Assembly: GCF_006345805.1 (NCBI RefSeq)
Contig: NC_043005.1
Location: 5,952,001-6,016,000, forward strand
Reading direction: 5' to 3'
Source of the DNA: Octopus sinensis
Taxonomy: Eukaryota
Length of the DNA stretch: 64,000 nt
Program-made: the position numbers and the translations under genes
Notes under the pieces: model-generated
What the model was told of the DNA's origin: nothing
The model's database searches: none
The model's input: only the letters and a program-made list of their open reading frames with translations
Shown: piece by piece, positions 1 to 12,977 of the stretch
Layout: the number at the start of each line of letters is the position of its first letter
How positions within the stretch are numbered: position 1 is the first letter of the stretch

Positions 1-600
1 TCTCTCCAGATCTTCTCTTTCTCCTCGTTATTTATTTCCCTCTTTCTCTTTTTATCCCCCCTCTCTCTCTCTCTCTCATTATTTCTGTCCTTTTTCTTTT
101 TTCTTCCTTCTCTTTATATCACGTTTCCCTTCCTTATTGCTATCTCCTTTCTTTCTCTTTTGTCCTCTTTTTCTCTCCCTCTCCCTGCTTGTCTATCTTA
201 TACCATCTCTTTTCCTCGTATCACTTTCTCCTTTCTTTCTCTTCTTATCCTCCTCCTCTCTTTTTCCTATCATATCCATTCCTAAACTCATCTCTTTTTC
301 TCCTCCCCCCCACCTTACACTGCTCAGTCACTATTAATCTATCTTTTCTCTTTCTCACCCATACTTTCTTTTTCTCCGCCTCCCCCATTCTCTTTCTTTC
401 TCTTTACCTCACCCTCTCCGTCTTCATCCTTCCATTTCTTTTCTTCCCGATTTTCTCTTTCTTTTTCCGTCTCGGTGCCTCTTGATGTGTGTGTTACCAT
501 TTCTCTTTGGTTCTTACTCTCTTTCTTGTTTTCGCTTTTCTGTCTTTAAATTCGCTAATTTCCTCTCCTTTTATTTTTGATTAGAAAATATGTAATCCTT
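1..600. repeat. CT-rich low-complexity polypyrimidine tract
   Basis: Nearly purine-free on the + strand (ctctttct-like). The ORFs 137..337 and 189..485 are only F/L/S/P read-through. Confidence 0.9.
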
Positions 601-1218
601 ATTTCTCACAATATTATGTTGGTGTATATCTCTCTGTTTATATATACATATATGTGTGTGTGTGTGTGTGTGTGTATAAATCTACATCTCCAAGAAGCGG
701 GAGAGTTTGTTCAATATTAAAGGTACATGAATTGACTTATTCCTCTCTCCTCTCACCAGTCAACTTTCTAAACCATAATTCTTGGCAACCAACAAGTGAC
801 AGATCGCCATCGTCATACCACACACACACACACCACACATGCAAACGCGCCAATCTGCTCGCGTGCCCAGACATCCATCCATTAACTTGCATAAGCAAAC
901 ATAGATGCTTACTCAAATGTTCTGGCATAGAAATCTGCGTGTACACACCACAGGTAGAGCGGTAGCCTTTCACAAATGAGCATCCATTCGCGCGCCCGCG
1001 CACAGACACACACACGTACAGATATAAAAACTAAGAGAAAACTCGAACTTTCCTAAACGTGCACGCGCACACACGCCCAATACCTTTACACCGAGAAGGA
1101 ATGACTATAAACAAAGCATCACCGGAAAAAGAACATGTAAAACAAAACAAAAAATTGCACACGTGCACAGGAAGATTCAGCCCAGTTTATATACAGTACA
1201 TGTATATATACACACGCA

Positions 1219-1307
<89 letters not shown>

Positions 1308-1324
1308 ATCTATCCATCTATCAT

Positions 1325-1360
<36 letters not shown>
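1219..1360. repeat. (TATC)n microsatellite followed directly by its inverse (GATA)n
   Basis: About 100 bp of TATC, the centre ctatcatgatag, then about 35 bp of GATA. Confidence 0.95.
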
Positions 1361-1746
1361 CTAGATGCTATTCACACACCTGTGTGTATGTAGAAGTATT
1401 ATTCCCATTGTCTTGCAAATAATTACCTCTGATCTCCTGTGAAATAATGAAATAAACACGCATCTATCGTTTGTGATACTACACACGCACGTGTGCCTCT
1501 TATAAAATGTCTTTCAACAAGCTCTAACCACAATCCTATGTTGGTTATTGGCTTCAGCCGTTTCCTTTTATTTGAATCGTTAAAACTCTTTCGGAAAGGT
1601 ATGAACTCTACAACTCATCATTTCATCTTCTTCGGAGATTTAAGGTCGCCTATCTAATTAAGAAACCAGTTTATTGCGTGTGTTTCTGTGTATGATGATT
1701 GTATAGTGCGTGGGTATGTGTATGTATGTATGTATGTATGTATGTA

Positions 1747-1785
<39 letters not shown>

Positions 1786-2785
1786 TTTTGTAGCAGACAG
1801 CTGCAAGTGGCACTCGAACACTCCACTCCTATAACAACGTCACTGCTATAGAACTAGCAGCAATTATGATTCAAGCTTCGGGCAAGAGAAGTCCACGACC
1901 CAGTTTCGATTCCTGCTGGTAGCCATTTTCATTGTTCTTTTCTTTTTCTCTTACTATAATCATCTTACTAATGCTCTTATATAAAAAGTGCGACCATCAC
2001 ATCATCTCATCTTCCCAGTTTCCCTATGAACCTAAAGCCTTATGTCCATCATCTAAGCCGACATCAATCATAATAATTACAGTGAACATTAATTGATGCT
2101 ACTGTAGCAGTAGAAACAGCTGTTGGCTGCTGCTATGTCGAATCTTTTTAGCAGCAACAACAACAACGGTAACAAAAAAACAACTGCAACAATTCCTCGT
2201 TTCGTCGTCCATTCAAAAGAAAATCATTGATTTCTGACAGCCAGAGCCAGTTAGAATTTCTAGGGGTTTTAGGGGACTCTTTTAATTCGAAGTCATCGTT
2301 TGGTTTTTATGATTTTCTCCACGAAATTATTGATGATGCAGTCATTTTAAGATGAAAGGGATTTTTTGGTCATTGAGAATCGAAACCGGGATTCCTACTA
2401 AGGTTCAGCATTAGCTTACTGATTTATTTCTTGCTCGAATTTTCAGCCCTTTTAAAAACTCGTAATATACTAATATTGAACGAAAATCAAATTGTTGAGC
2501 AATGTGACGGTAACAAAAAATAATAACAAAAAAGAAAAACGGGGTGATGGAGTAATATTACACACTTTTTCATAGAATATATTTTCTCTCTTTTCTTTAT
2601 ATTTCATCATAGCTCTCATTCAAATGTGCACTTTATGGAATTTCGTCTAGCCCACACACCACCCGTCCGCCGCTCGCTCACTTTCCCCCCATACACACAC
2701 ACACATACAGGTGTGTGTGCTCTAAAGAACAAGGCTTGCAGATACAAAGGTACTCTCTTAGAAGTAAAACTATTAACTCTGTGAA

Positions 2786-2960
2786 ACTCACCTGATGTGC
2801 ATGTGTGTATTATTACACACACACGCACACACACACATACATACATACATACATACATACATACATACATACACACACACGCGCGCATTCGGGCGCGCAG
2901 GCTCGTGTGGAGAGGGGCTCTAGGTGGGCCATTTGGCGTGGGCAATTGTGAAAGGCCAGT
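2786..2960 (-). other. Possible non-coding first exon ending in a consensus donor
   Basis: The minus strand reads CACATCAG|GTGAGTTTC, with GT at 2791-2790. The upstream 2880-2960 segment is GC- and CpG-rich. No downstream exon was identified. Confidence 0.3.
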
Positions 2961-3126
2961 CCTTTGCTTGTCAAAAGTAAAGGAAAGGGCTCCTTTGGTA
3001 AAGACCCCGTCCTCTTTTTTTCTAGAAATTATTCTGCTTTTATTTTGTTATTCATAAGTACATTATGTATATTACGTGTAGTGTGTGTGTGTGTAGATAG
3101 ATAGATAGGTAGATAGGTAGACAGAC

Positions 3127-3184
<58 letters not shown>

Positions 3185-3397
3185 GTAGACAGATAGGTAG
3201 ATAGATAGATAGACAGATAAATAGATAGGTAGACAGACAGACAGATAGATAGAGAGACACACACGCATGTACCTATATATAAATCGTATGTATTTAACAC
3301 AGACAGAAAATTCTGGAAGAGTAGTTCGTTTGAAATTAGACCTATATTTTATATCTGGCCTGTCCCTATTACCTGATTTGAACAGACTACACACACA

Positions 3398-3625
3398 AGT
3401 GGCTTAGTGGTTGGGGTGTCGCACTCATGATCGTAAGATTGGGTTTCGAATCCAGGACCTGCTGATACGTTGTGTTCTTGAGCAAAACACTTCCTTCTAC
3501 ATTGCTCCAGTCCACCAAGCCGGCAAAAGCGAGTAATCCTGCGACGGACTGGCGTTTCGTTTAGTGGGGTTATGTATACGTCACAGAATCCAGGAAACCG
3601 GCTTTATGTGCCTATGCCTCGGGAA
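3398..3625 (+). mobile_element. tRNA-derived SINE
   Basis: Pol III A box tggcttagtgg and B box ggtttcgaatcc, followed by a body shared with copies at 4371, 9392, 15843, 31785 and 38905. Confidence 0.85.
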
Positions 3626-3987
3626 GGGTCTTTGCTCCATCTTTGATACATGTGTGTGTGTATGTGTGTGCGTATATATGTGTGTGTATATGTGTTTATA
3701 TATGTGTGTGTGTGTGTATGTGTGTATATTATATTCACACACCCCTTTGGGTGTATAGATAGGCGAAAGGCACTTAATATATGGAGTTTCTGTTCAAAGT
3801 TAACGATTCATTCTCTGCATTGTTACTTCGAGTATGTTGTTTACTCAGGTGACACATTCACTCGCACATATGCACACACACGCACGCACACATGTAAACC
3901 ACGTTGAAGTAAAACATACACGCACAACAAAAAAGGACAGGTTTTCATAACTGTGCTATAAGTTTCACTTTTGTAAAAGAAAAGAGG

Positions 3988-4022
3988 CTTTGACGTTTCG
4001 AACAAGGTTCTTCGTCAGGAAA
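3988..4022 (-). ncRNA. Minimal type-I hammerhead ribozyme motif (Penelope-like/retrozyme type)
   Basis: The minus strand reads tttc CTGACGA A GAAC-ctt-GTTC GAAAC GT C aaag. Core is intact, helix II is 4 bp, helix III is the loopless palindrome ACGU, and the cleavage triplet is GUC. Helix I is weak, with a C.A mismatch at its first pair. Confidence 0.7.
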
Positions 4023-4370
4023 AAAAAGTAAAAAGAGGAGGGTGGTGGAAATGAAGGAAGAGGAATAAAAGGGGGTAAGGGGTTTGGTGGGAATGCAGTT
4101 TTATGGGGAGAGTTCTGTGCATATAAAGTAGAGTAACTTTGTAAGGAGACGGGCATAGTGGAGGATATGAGCGTTGTTGGGGGCAGGTGATTGGTTGGGG
4201 GTGAATGGAGTTGAGTGGGATGTGAATGTGATGACGTTGAGGAGCAAGCGAGGAGGCAGGAAAAGAACGTGTGTGTGTGTGTGTATGAATCATTATATGT
4301 GTGTGTGTATAAATATGTGTATATGTATATATATATATGTGCGTGTGTGTGTATATATATATATAAGTGG

Positions 4371-4590
4371 AAGCGCGTGGCTTAGTAGTTAGGGTGTCAG
4401 CATCATGATCGTAAGATTGTGGTTTCGATTCCTGGACCGGGAGACGCGTTGTGTCTTTGAGCAAAACACTTCATTTCGCGTTGCTCCAGTCCACTCAGCT
4501 GACAAAAATGAGTAACGCTGCGATGGACTGGCGTCCCATCCAGCTGGGGAACACGTACGCCATTGAAACCGGGAAACCGGAGCCAATGTA
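4371..4590 (+). mobile_element. tRNA-derived SINE, CpG-intact copy
   Basis: A box tggcttagtag, B box ggtttcgattcc; same family as 3398 and 60915. Confidence 0.9.
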
Positions 4591-4665
4591 TTTTAACTGC
4601 TGAAACAGCTGTAGAATTTATTATGTAATTATGAAACGTCTGTGAAATCATTACCTATCCACTGT

Positions 4666-4742
<77 letters not shown>

Positions 4743-6810
4743 GAGAGAGATACACACAAACACATACGCACACAAACATACATATATTAGAAAGTGTTCT
4801 TTAATACAATCTTGGACAAAGTGTTTCAAGCACAAATCCCCGAATAAGCTTAGGTATCTGAATGCATATTTTAAAGACCCAGAAATATTATTTTCCTCGT
4901 CAGAATAAAAATATACATTAAAAAAGAAAGAAAGAAAAAAAAAGCTCCCATACGATTTACCTCCCCCTCCCCCAACTCCCCACTGTCATTAATTTACTTT
5001 CTGAGAGAAGCACATTTTTTAATTAGATATCGTTCTGGCTCTCTGAAATTGTTTTGCTATTTTAGTAACTTCGAAACTTTACGAATACAACTCTCTATCA
5101 AATACAGAGACTTGTTTATGGTCAAATTTCAAATGTTCTCCAGCGATGACCATCCCGTTTATTTTTCATAGAATACATGTGTCTATCGCCATTGTTGACT
5201 TGTAAATATTTTAGCCTCTATGTTTAAACATTTTAAATATTTTTCTTGTGATTTTGTGGTCGAAATTGAAAAATAGAACCTCATTATATCCAACATGTTC
5301 CCCTTTTAAAGACTTCAAGGTGTGATTTGCGAGAGATTTGGCTATCGTTTCTATAATAAATCGAGCGACCACATAAAGGCTCCTTCGTTCTTATCTCAAC
5401 TATGTTTGTATGGTTTCCTGAAACCCCCCAGGTGGATAAAGGGTGTCGATGAAGTGACTGAAAATTCTTTTTCGTATTCCCTTCATAATTTACGACGAGA
5501 AAACCTTTATGTGGTCGATTGGCCTGTTAGAAGTAGAAGCCAAATCTCTTTCCTATCACACAGTCTTTAAAAAAAATTAGCAAAATAGAAATGACACATT
5601 AGAAAACGTAGTCCTAGATATGAATTGCCCGGGGGAAAAGATGTGATTGATGTAACTGGAATGTTTTTCATTTGGATTAATTTAGTCAGAAATCTATATA
5701 AAACGTCTATCTATGCAACAAAACGGAACAGTTAAATAATGATTAAATATATATTTCACATATACACACAGACGATAACGGCCCTGCGTGTGTGTGTGTG
5801 TGTGTGTTTTACCTATAGCTTCAAATCGATCCTCGAAACCTTGTGAATGTAATTGGGTTGGCAGGAACAGTGTGAAAGCCTGTCGGATAGCCTCTACTCG
5901 TATCTCAAAGGCTCAGCTTTGTCACTGTGTCAATCTGATTCTGTTTGGAGTGTTTTCGTTAAGGATACAACAGTGATGCACATGGACTACAAGCACTCGG
6001 GGTCAAAATGATACTTTCGGAGCTTCCTCCTCTCACCTGGTAAGGTGTGACAGGTAGGAAGAAATTTTACTCCCTTTCATATCTCCACCCAGAGATGACT
6101 GCTTCCATTCTCTCCTTCCCTCCGTCTCTAAGCTACAAATATCCGTGAAATACTCAGCCACTTACATTATTAGTCAATGAGTTTATAATTTAGTTGATCA
6201 AGCATCTGGGATCATTCGCTCATCGTCGAAACCGACGGAGGATCCTTTTTGTGTTTGTTTTGTTTACTTGCCTTTAAACTGTAAGCCTGTACTTAACACC
6301 TCTCGCTCGTTATTTATTCACAAAATGTACACCTGTCAAACTGAATTCTGATTGATTTTAGTTTTTCCCTTCTTCCTTTTGTAACTTGTTGCTTTTTCAG
6401 TTCTGTAAAATATAAATAATTAATTAATGATCGATAACGACACTAGTCATTTAGTGTTATTATTTTTTAATTCCACGAACGTCATTTACGGTACCCCTCC
6501 CCTCAAATCACATGAATATATCTAATCGATACCGGCCTGATTTTGATTATCGAAGATGACTGTGCTGGAACTTTTTCGAAATATGTTAAGAGTTAAGAAA
6601 TGACAATTAATGAATAAAAGATTAAAATGATGTTACTTTTGTCTTTGTAGTTTCACGTACATCTAATGTACTAAACGTATATATATATATTTATGATAAT
6701 GTAATGTGCTAACGTAGTGATCCTTTTCGAGATCTTCTAAAGTTTACATCCTTTTACAATTCTGAGACAAGTAATCCTTGATGCCAATGTCTGTTCATAA
6801 AAATATTTAC

Positions 6811-7021
6811 CTCATCCTACAGCGACGATATTTAAGTTGATGGTGACGTAATCAAGGTAGAGAGATGCTGACGGATTCGAGGTTGACGATGATGAATTTG
6901 AGGTTGACGCTGGTAAGATTGAAGTTGATAATGTTGAATTTGTAGAGTAACCATGTGAGACGATTTTTATACGTCTATTGCTTACTTCATTGAAATGCAG
7001 TTCTTTCAAGTTACAACAATA
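6811..7021 (-). CDS. Exon candidate: Ser/Thr-rich terminal coding exon, or 5'UTR exon ending ATG-AG|GT
   Basis: Acceptor ttattttatattttaag|T at 7021 and donor GAG|GTAAAT at 6810. Frame 0 gives YCCNLKELHFNEVSNRRIKIVSHGYSTNSTLSTSILPASTSNSSSSTSNPSASLYLDYVTINLNIVAVG* with varied third codon positions. The last five exon bases also read ATGAG. An internal donor GAA|GTAAGC lies near 6986. Confidence 0.35.
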
Positions 7022-7509
7022 CTTAAAATATAAAATAATGAGTTTCTTGAATTTTATGAGGAAGAACTATCTAATGAGGACCATTAAAATGGAACAACAA
7101 TGTTCTGGAGAAAAATGTTGATAAGAGAGGCTACAGAACCATCTTGAATTTTAACAACTTATCAGAAGGGTAGCCATTTTTAATTGATAAAGATCCTCAA
7201 AGACAGGATTATTCTGGTAAAGATTTTCCCTTTGGACAAAGTAAACAGGTTAATAATGAGGGGATTCAACTGCTACAAGGAATTAAATCAAATTAAGGCA
7301 AATAAATAATGTGTAACAACAATCGTTGGACATATTCTTTAAGTAAATAATTATTTCATTGACACTACTGGAAATGGGTACGAGAAACTAAGGGTATGGC
7401 TAAAGCCCAAGTGGTTGTGATCAGAAAGGTGGGGATTAGATGCTGTTAGCTGTCCAACTCAGTGAACTGAAAAGTAGGGAAATGACCCATTTCTTTCTAT
7501 ACTATCCCT

Positions 7510-7790
7510 CTTTCATTTCCATCAATGCTTGTTGATTTTTGTTAAACATAAGTGTATTTATAGTCTCTTCAACTTCCTTCTGAAGAATTGGAGTATCCCC
7601 ATGTTCTCTGTTGTTGTTGTTGTTGTTGGAATTGTCTAAAATCTTGCTGTCATGTTTGAGTTTGTGATTGTAAAGATCTTTGCAGTGTTCAGACCATCTT
7701 TTGTTGAGATCATTCTCATTGGTGAGGCGCAGGCCTGTTTTCTCCTCAATGGTAGTGGTGGTATGTTTCTTTGTTTTCGTATGCATGACA
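7510..7790 (-). mobile_element. RTE-clade LINE ORF2 fragment (endonuclease-RT linker), decayed
   Basis: TIEEKTGLRLTNENDLNKRWSEHCKDLYNHKLKHD...PILQKEVEETINTL resembles the RTE linker RW.EYC..LYN...PIL..EVE.AI..L. Confidence 0.75.
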
Positions 7791-8029
7791 AATAACAGAG
7801 ACCATCATTGACGGCTAACTACTAAAGCATCTAGAGTGGCACTCCAATGACTGGATGCATCAGTTAAGGGAATCTTGATGATGGTTACCATGTATTTATA
7901 TAATTTGTTGTTTAATTCTGGAATAGTTTTGAGTCTTTTTTTAGAAGTTTGTTGATGTTTTGGGGACTAGGAATATATTGTAGGAACATGCCATTAGAAT
8001 GTAATTCTTATTTATTCATTAAACAGGCA

Positions 8030-8295
8030 CTCTGTTGGGTAAGACGATGAGGGTTCCTGTTGATTCAATTAACGGAACAGCTTGCTCATGAGATTAATGT
8101 GCAAGTGGCTGAGCACTCCACAGACACGTATACCCATAAGATTGTTTACTGGGAACTTCAGCATGACACAGAATGTGACAAGGCTGGCCCTTTTGAAATA
8201 CAGGTACTATTCATTTTTGCCAGCTGAGGGGACTGGGGCAATGTGAAATAAAGTGTCTTACTCAAGGACACAACATGTTGCTGGGAATTGAACTA
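8030..8295 (-). mobile_element. tRNA-derived SINE, decayed
   Basis: Contains the aacggaacagc...gtggctgagcactccacagacacg...gacaaggctggccc block shared with 33700, 22135 and 55485. Confidence 0.85.
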
Positions 8296-9391
8296 AAATA
8301 AAGAACCAATCAAGTACTGCAATCAGTGATATCAACTAACCCTTTCCCATCAAAATTCCTTGCCTTGTGCCTATATTAGAAACTATTATTCAACCTATAG
8401 TATAGTTGGGTTTTCTTTATGTTGTTTCACTTCTCAACAACCTACCAACAATCTTAAGTGATTTCTGGTTGTACAGCAGCAGTCAACTAAGCCCATGCAT
8501 CTGTACCTACTTTGTTTCTATTCTATTCTTTCTACTCTCTTCTGATAACAAATACAATGTACATTTGACCTTCCACACCTGAGAGACTAATCTCTATTTT
8601 TCACAGGTAACTCACTGGTTCTCAAAGTGCAATTCATGGTCGGAATTGTTTTCATTTTGTTTGAAATAAAAAAAAAAATCATTGCTTTGCACTTTGATAC
8701 TTAAATTAAATGTCACTCCCCAATCTCCTCTCCAGGGCTTTTACCAGGACTTGGACACTGTTGTAGCAGCATACTTTTCACGTGACTAAATATAAGGCTA
8801 AACCAGGTAACCTATATGCAGTCACTCGATTGGTTACAAATAGCAAGCAGATCAGTTTTCCTCATTTGCATTTCCCATGAGAAATAGTGATACATCTACT
8901 AATTATATGCAAAAGCATTTTTAGTCATCTTTATACTTAACTCTATAATTTTAATTATACACACATGGTATAATCCCTAGGGTAGGGGAATCCTAGCATC
9001 CGTTGGTAGTAAGGTGATCCTTTGTGGGGTGGGGGAGAAGTGATCTCTTCAATGGAGATCTTTAGGAAATTCTGGTCTAAACAGAAATTTCGTCTTCGTT
9101 TAGATGAAATTTTTAAGAACCTCCTTTGTGGCATCTGATGGATTTAGCACTGTCAAACCTCTCGAGACAGTTTTATGATTTGTTTAGTCTTTTAGTCAGG
9201 GTTGCAAGCAATGCTCATGGGCTGCTACAGGTCTTCCAAGGCTGATAGGAGGAAGAAAGAGGAAGGTGTCTGCAAGACTAGAAGCCTGACCAGAATGCTT
9301 ATGACTGAGTGGACTCAGAAGAATTTTATCAGTTAGAACCAAAAAATATTAATACTATCAATAATTAAGTAAAAGTAACTGCTTCAATACG

Positions 9392-9665
9392 GGGAGGCCT
9401 AGTGGTTAGAGCAGTGGACTTGCAGTCAAGAGATCTCAGGTTCGAATCTCAGACCAGGCAATGTGCGTGTTTATGAGTGAAACACCTTAGCTCCGTGTGG
9501 ATCTGGCAGAAGGTAATGGTAAACTTCCACTGAATCACTCTTTCCTCCTGCATCTAGCAGCTCACCTGTGACAGACCAGCATCCCATCCAGGTTGGGAAC
9601 CTATATGCCAATGAAACTAGGAAACCAGCCCTTATGAGCCAGGCATGGCTCGGGAAGGAACAAAC
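9392..9665 (+). mobile_element. tRNA-derived SINE
   Basis: ggcctagtggttagagcagtggact...ggttcgaatctc tRNA-like head plus family body. Confidence 0.85.
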
Positions 9666-9779
9666 AACTGCCTCAATACAGCACTCTGCTGGGTCTGTGT
9701 CACCCACATTCAATGCATGGTATCCACATAATGAGAAAATAGAAAAAGGATTTTCTTTAAGTCTTAACTTCCCGTATGA

Positions 9780-10110
9780 TACAATAAAGTACAGAACTTC
9801 ATTGATCAGCTGGTCCTGAAGTGCATGGCATCACACAAACCATACTAACTTTATTCACTGTCATTTTGAAAGAAGTCAGGAACTTTCTAAGGTAGAAAAG
9901 TCCTAATCCCTTCCTCTATCATTCATTTCTCTTCTGTGACAGAGTCCTTACAGGACTGGGCTTCTCACTTAAAAAATTTTCAAGAGTTAAGCTTATATTC
10001 TTTGTTTCCCCTTTGTAAATAGCAGTCATATTGGCAACATTGTCATACTTTTGTCCCCTACAATCTTCCAAAAGAATGCTATTTTTATTTGTATTTCCTT
10101 TGTCAGGTTT
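9780..10110 (-). mobile_element. Possible CR1-like RT fragment, heavily decayed
   Basis: The minus-strand translation includes NVANMTAIYKGETKNISLT, resembling the CR1 motif ANVTPIYKKG...NYRPVSLT. Multiple stops. Confidence 0.35.
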
Positions 10111-10865
10111 GCAATGTTAGAACCCATTTTCCCAAAAGATAAAAATTTTCTCTTTGACTCTTAAACTCATAATCTATACTTTGAAGATAATGTCTAATAA
10201 ATGTTGCCTGTTTGATGTGTGAGGAATCAGGTATTGTATCCACTATTATTGAATGCTCTTTTGCCTTTGATCTCTTAGAAAGTGTGTTTCAAAATGACAT
10301 CAGACTAAAGAGAAATAAATTAATTTTCTGATTCAGCTGACAAATAATGTGCTAGCAATCGTCCTCCATTTTTACTGGCTTTCATTGACCTTCCTGCCGT
10401 AAGCTTCAAGTATGGGAGCCCATCAAGTCAAAAGTTCATCCAGCCTAAGGAAGCTACTTTTGTGAATATTGCCAATCAAATGAGCAGCGCCAGAATATGT
10501 AAATAATCCCTTTCACCCAAATATGAAATAATGTCGATTAACCAGTGTAAAATATTAATCCATTTGGCCTACAATGCTCCAGTTTGTTTATGCAGAAAAT
10601 ATTCCCTGCTTCTCTTTGAATGAATTCTTTATTTGAATGTTCTCTGTGACACATAATTCAATTTATGTTGTTTGTTGTGTTCATGCTCAGGAATTTTTTG
10701 AAATTGTTTTTACCATTTTTTTCTTCTATGGTAGACCATCTATTCTCTCTTGCCATAGTCTGATTTATTGGTTCAGCTTTCCAAAGAGTCAATATGGTGA
10801 ACAAAATATGGTTTGTATCTTGACACTCCACATCAGCCTACCTCTCTTAGATATTTCATAGACCA

Positions 10866-10901
<36 letters not shown>

Positions 10902-10980
10902 TTTGCAAACAATAATGAAAGTAAATAGATCAAGCAGTTTTGTGTGGGGTGGGGGAAAGGGTAAAAGTGACGGAGAGGAA

Positions 10981-11150
10981 ATGAGTATGACGGAGAGAAG
11001 AAATGGCTCTGATATAATTGAATCTTATAAAGTTCTTATTGGAAAGGATCACATTAATAAGGATAGATATTTTTTAGCCTGGTATTAAATATTGGATTGA
11101 TGAGGGGACATTCTGTGAAAGATAAAATAGTTTGTGTAGGGTCCTTCCAC
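10981..11150 (+). mobile_element. CR1-clade LINE 3' end fragment
   Basis: TERRNGSDIIESYKVLIGKDHINKDRYF resembles the CR1 C-terminal RR.RGDLIE.YKIL.GK motif. Confidence 0.6.
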
Positions 11151-11210
11151 CCATAACTGTTAATGTGCAGCCGCTAATAGGATGTGTGAGACAAGTGACT
11201 GGTTGATAGG

Positions 11211-11249
<39 letters not shown>

Positions 11250-11634
11250 TGTAGTCAATAAATCAAGCAGATCAGTGGGGAAAATATTTAGAGAAAGAAG
11301 ATGGTAGATAAGAAATGGTACTGAGGGGTTACTAGAGTGATGGTGGTGGTGGTGGAATAAAATTCCCTCTTTGTATTAACGTGTTTCAGTGTCAGTATTT
11401 GTGTGCAGGTACACATACACACACACACACACATGCATATCCTCACATATTCACACATTACTCAACACTTTCAAAAACACAATTATATTATATACCTATA
11501 TGCACACAATATATATACCACCAAATTTCATCTGTCTGTTTGTCTGTCTGTCTATCTGTCTGCATGTCTGTCTGTTCATCCATCCATCTCACCATCTGTC
11601 TGTTCATCCATCCATTCATCCATCCACATATATA

Positions 11635-11791
11635 CAGGGGCATAGCTAGGGTAAATGGCACCCAGGGCAAGCATCAAAATTGCGTCCCCCACCCTGTCAA
11701 AATTTTTTTAATGGCTTAATTAGAAAATGATCTTGGCTGAAATGACACCCAGAGCATGTACCCTGCTTGCCCCACCCTAGGTATGCCCCTT
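11635..11791. mobile_element. hAT-like MITE
   Basis: Terminal inverted repeats caggggcatagctaggg / ccctaggtatgcccctt. No clean 8-bp TSD seen. Confidence 0.6.
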
Positions 11792-12977
11792 ATCTTTTTT
11801 CAGTTTCCTTCTGCCATATTCACTGACAAGGTTTTGGTTGGCCTGGGAGTCTAACAGAAGAAATTTGCCAAAAATGCCATGCAGCAAGACAGCTCAAAAA
11901 CCATAGGGTTGGCTAGTGAACTTCTTAACCATACAGTCATACCTGCACCGTGTCCAACAGTACAAATTATGAAAAATACAAATGTGTGTGTGTATAAGTA
12001 TGCATGTATGTGTATATACAGATGTATGTATATATCTTAAATCTAATCTGTAAACAAATATGAAAAATCCTCATCTCTTAAATATAGAACTGAAATATGA
12101 AAAACGTTTCAAAAGTCAAATGAACTCATCCATGGAAGGAGTTCAATGCAGAATTTTCCAGATATTGTTAGGAAAACAAAATTAAGGAATTTGACCAGTT
12201 CTATATTCCTTCCCCTTAAATCCGGTATTTTTACTTACTACTATTACTGCTACTACTGTTCGCAGCAGTTATCTTTCCTTACATACTTTTCCATTCAGTT
12301 ATGGCTGGGACCCACCTTTAGCTTCATTCATAATGTGTATCCAGGAGGCTCACAATGGTTTCATGTGATTAATACACTACACTGTGTCCCACCTGGGTTG
12401 TGGGCAGGTTTTGCTCCCTTTTGTGTACTCTTGTACTTTTCAGTACTCTTTACTCTTAGCGGTTAATCATATATGCACATGTGCACATGTCTCTGTGTAT
12501 GAGTTTCTGCATGGTATGCTTTTGTGTGTGTGTTATATCCTGCACTGGTGCCATGTAAACAGCACCTGTGCTGGTGCCACATATTAAACACCCAGTACAC
12601 TCTGTGAAGTGGTTGGCATCCAACCATTGATACCATGCCAAAACAGGCAATTGGAATCTGGTGCACCTCTCCAGCTGGCCACCTCTTATTAAAATCGTCC
12701 AATTAATACCAGCATAGAAAATAGACATTTAATGATGATAATGTGTGTGTGTGTGTGTGTATTGTAGGTGGAGGCATGGCAGTGATGAAGGAGTTCACTT
12801 TCAGTCCTACTGTGTGGCACCTTGGGCAAGTGTCTTCTACTATAACTGCAAGCCAACAAAAGCCTCGTCATTTATACCATCATCATCATCATCATCATCA
12901 TCTTTTAATGCTCATGTTCCATGTTGGCATGGGTTGAATGATTTAAGGAAAACTGACAGTAAAAAACTTTGTCATTA

